A stretch of DNA of 32,000 nt. Origin: Vibrio alginolyticus NBRC 15630 = ATCC 17749 (GTDB lineage: Bacteria > Pseudomonadota > Gammaproteobacteria > Enterobacterales > Vibrionaceae). Within the stretch, counting starts at the first letter, position 1. Each line of letters begins with the position of its first letter. A program made the translations under genes and the position numbers. Below the pieces are notes generated by a model that searched no databases, had not been told where the DNA came from, and was given only the letters and a program-made list of their open reading frames with translations. The DNA lies in NCBI RefSeq assembly GCF_000354175.2, contig NC_022349.1:1260001-1292000 (forward strand). The letters run 5' to 3'. Of this stretch, positions 30,104-32,000 are shown in pieces.

Positions 30104-30501
30104 AAGCGGCCTTCAATTGTCATGGATTTCTCCGTAGGGCGTTGTGGTCGAATGGCCATCGTTACTACACCATCCTTTACATAGTCGCGCAGCGCTCTCC
30201 GGTAGCTTCTCCAAACTGAAGCAGTTAGCGTAGAACGAGGATCGGAGTCTTCATGTAATGTGACTTGTCTATCCACATAAACCATTTCATGTGCCACCCA
30301 TTGATTTTCTGCTTCAGCAAAAATGGATGGCTCTTCTTGACCAGGAACTGCATCTGGATATGTCCATATGCCATTTGATTGTAAGACAGCAGGCAACTTT
30401 TCGGGTGGTGAAGGGATCTCTATCCATCCATGCGGAGGGGTACCTCCGACAACTTGAAAGCACCCTGTTCCCACTAATCCATATATTTGCTCTTTATCCA
30501 T
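30100..30501 (-). CDS. Tail fibre assembly chaperone (Caudo_TAP-like)
   Basis: 133 aa placed immediately after the fibre gene. The N-terminal GTPPHGWIEIPSPPE...GIWTYPD and the C-terminal WRSYRRALRDY...RPQRP match the P2 gpG / lambda Tfa pattern. Confidence 0.6.
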   Translation of the reverse strand: MDKEQIYGLVGTGCFQVVGGTPPHGWIEIPSPPEKLPAVLQSNGIWTYPDAVPGQEEPSIFAEAENQWVAHEMVYVDRQVTLHEDSDPRSTLTASVWRSYRRALRDYVKDGVVTMAIRPQRPTEKSMTIEGRL

Positions 30502-30504
30502 GCC

Positions 30505-31938
30505 TTACACCTTAACGCCCACAATCTTTCTCAAATAATGCTCACCTGAATAGGCGGTCACACCATCGTATTTTAGAGAAGTACCACCTCTAACCGATTG
30601 AACTTCCTTACATGTCAAGGTAAACCCGTACTTGCCATCACTCTGCAAGATGACATAAAACTGGCCCAGCTCCATTGCTAATTGCACATCAACAATCGCG
30701 CTAAGACTTAGCCCTGACGCCGCTGCATAACCACCTTCGGCTGTCACTATCAAGAAGTCGAAGTTTGTAATAGGCTCTGACGTTTTTAGCTTCGTATTAC
30801 CTGGCGCTCTTCCATTCCACAAAATTGACCGCTTTGTATTTGATTTACTACTGAGTGCTTCTTGTAAACCTCTAATAGTAGAAATCGCTTGAGTGCCCGT
30901 ATGATTAGCTCGGTTCTTTAAATGTGCGTCTGTTTGGTTTTTCGTAGCTTGAGTGGCAACTCCATCGAGCTTTTTCTTATCTGCTGCCGTCATTACCCCT
31001 GCATGAGATGCCGTCACCGCACTTAAAACAGCATCTTTACCTGTAGAACTCTTGATCGTTTGAGTTGTGGCATTGCGAGATGCCGTCAAGTTAGTTGCGA
31101 TATTCGCTTGCGCTCCAGCTTGTATGCCATCCAGCTTCTTCTTGTCTGCTGCGGTCATAACCCCGGCGCTAGATGTTGTTGCGGCACTTAAAGTGGCATC
31201 TTTACCCGTAGAGCTATTAACCGTTTGAGAATTGGCGTTGCGAGACACGCTCAAGTTAGTTGCTACATTGACTTGAGCCCCACTCTGAATCCCGTCTAAT
31301 TTTTTCTTATCGCTTGCACTCATCCAACCGGAGGCTGTTTTAGTGGCATTCTTAACATTCTTGTTGATGTATGACGCGACAGACTGAAAGACTCGTTTTG
31401 CACTCCATAGGCTACGGTGTTCATCCTCACCAGCTTCAGCTTGTTGCTGAGTGATAACATCCCACACACGCCAATCAGTAACATTGCCATGGGAGTCAAT
31501 GCCAGCAAGTCGAGCGATGTAATGCTGTTGACCGTTTTCATCAACGTAATTACTGAGTTCTGTTTTTGAGCTTCTTACTGTCGCTATGTTTTCCCAACGA
31601 GAGAGTGCGCTGCCTTGACGTACCACATCTAAGTACAAGCCGCAGGGAACGCCATCACTGACCACCACCTCTTTTTTTGAGAGCTCAACACGTAACCCTG
31701 AGACATAAACAACTCCGGGACTAACAACAAATGTGTTTGACTTTCCTTTAGCGACAACCGAGCAGCCACGTACAAAGGCCGAACCGCCATAATGGTCAAG
31801 GTTCACCAAACGTAAATCATCATCAATGCCCATTAAGCGCGCATGAAAATCTATCTGCCAAGTTCTTGGATCAACATGAATATTTGCTATCGCTGCAGCG
31901 CCACTGTATTCCTGCGCGACGGACTTAATAGTGGTCAT
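30505..31938 (-). CDS. Phage tail fibre protein with internal 55-aa repeats
   Basis: The motif G(V/W)M(T/S)A(A/S)DKKKLDG, common in phage fibres, occurs three times. NHTGTQAISTIRGLQEAL follows, then a roughly 110-aa unique C-terminal domain. I prefer the start at ATG 31938 (MTTIKSV). The same frame is open to the window edge, and the track used the TTG at 31977. Confidence 0.75.
   Translation of the reverse strand: MTTIKSVAQEYSGAAAIANIHVDPRTWQIDFHARLMGIDDDLRLVNLDHYGGSAFVRGCSVVAKGKSNTFVVSPGVVYVSGLRVELSKKEVVVSDGVPCGLYLDVVRQGSALSRWENIATVRSSKTELSNYVDENGQQHYIARLAGIDSHGNVTDWRVWDVITQQQAEAGEDEHRSLWSAKRVFQSVASYINKNVKNATKTASGWMSASDKKKLDGIQSGAQVNVATNLSVSRNANSQTVNSSTGKDATLSAATTSSAGVMTAADKKKLDGIQAGAQANIATNLTASRNATTQTIKSSTGKDAVLSAVTASHAGVMTAADKKKLDGVATQATKNQTDAHLKNRANHTGTQAISTIRGLQEALSSKSNTKRSILWNGRAPGNTKLKTSEPITNFDFLIVTAEGGYAAASGLSLSAIVDVQLAMELGQFYVILQSDGKYGFTLTCKEVQSVRGGTSLKYDGVTAYSGEHYLRKIVGVKV
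30958..31335 (-). repeat. Two and a third tandem 165-nt (55-aa) coding repeats inside the fibre gene
   Basis: The units are residues 215-270, 271-325 and 326-340 in track numbering. They are roughly 75% identical at nucleotide level by eye. Confidence 0.8.
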
Positions 31939-31973
31939 GTTTTCTTCTTTAGTTTCCGTGTTCTTATACACGA

Positions 31974-32000
31974 TCAAGCCACAGGAGTTCTCAACATGCT
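31974..32000 (-). CDS. 3' end of an upstream phage gene running off the window
   Basis: A frame reading ...MLRTPVA-TGA (stop at 31976-31974) is open to the window edge. This is very little sequence, so it is tentative. Confidence 0.3.
   Translation of the reverse strand, partial: SMLRTPVA

Larger units (their letters stand above)
26283..32000 (-). mobile_element. Distal part of a prophage, tailocin-like element or remnant (tail fibre/hub module plus edge cargo), truncated by window edge
   Basis: Six co-directional genes with phage-tail signatures follow a 780-bp non-coding junction next to core genes. No integrase or att site is visible in this window, so the exact left boundary is not defined. 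Confidence 0.6.

Noticed and set aside
30958-31335. The fibre repeats could be a diversity-generating retroelement target/template pair or a phase-variation switch.
   Set aside because: The copies differ at all base types rather than being adenine-specific. Both are in frame within one gene. No reverse transcriptase or invertase is present in the window.
26341-32000. I expected a compositional (GC) shift marking the accessory block.
   Set aside because: Spot counts of 60-nt stretches gave roughly 42-48% GC, not obviously different from the neighbouring core genes. I make no compositional claim without a proper computation.

Overview
The window looks like Vibrio chromosomal DNA, probably Harveyi clade, judged only from my recognition of the LuxO, LuxU, Qrr1, MotY and Rnf sequences.

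**Core region (1 to ~25.6 kb).** This part is conserved and densely packed. In order it contains:
- oppA (partial)
- moaEDCBA behind a Moco riboswitch
- a ybhK-like gene
- luxU-luxO with the divergent sigma-54-driven qrr1 sRNA
- uvrB with a LexA box and a DnaA-box cluster upstream
- tRNA-Asn
- a stand-alone pflB
- rnfABCDGE, nth, gloA and a small hypothetical gene
- motY, rnt, a YuiF-like transporter and a DsbA-like gene

**Possible lesions in core genes.** All three need checking against raw reads.
- rnfC has two +1 indels inside its 114-nt tandem repeat array.
- motY has a 1-nt deletion that removes the OmpA-type NRRVVI C-terminus.
- LuxO has Asn in place of the conserved receiver-domain Thr.

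**Accessory region (~26.3 kb to the window end).** A 780-bp non-coding, palindrome-rich junction (25.56-26.34 kb) separates the core from a co-directional phage-tail gene block on the minus strand. The block is tightly coupled at the translational level. In transcription order it encodes:
- a repeat-containing tail fibre
- a fibre assembly chaperone
- two unknown proteins (296 and 157 aa)
- a 546-aa hub-plus-spike fusion with an HxH apex motif
- after a 234-bp gap, a stand-alone 177-aa Cys-rich membrane-anchored orphan with its own terminator

The order of these tail genes does not match the P2, Mu or HP1 layouts I know. The unknown proteins and the edge orphan are the best candidates for something undescribed. 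I cannot name a system from sequence alone, and the block is cut by the window edge.
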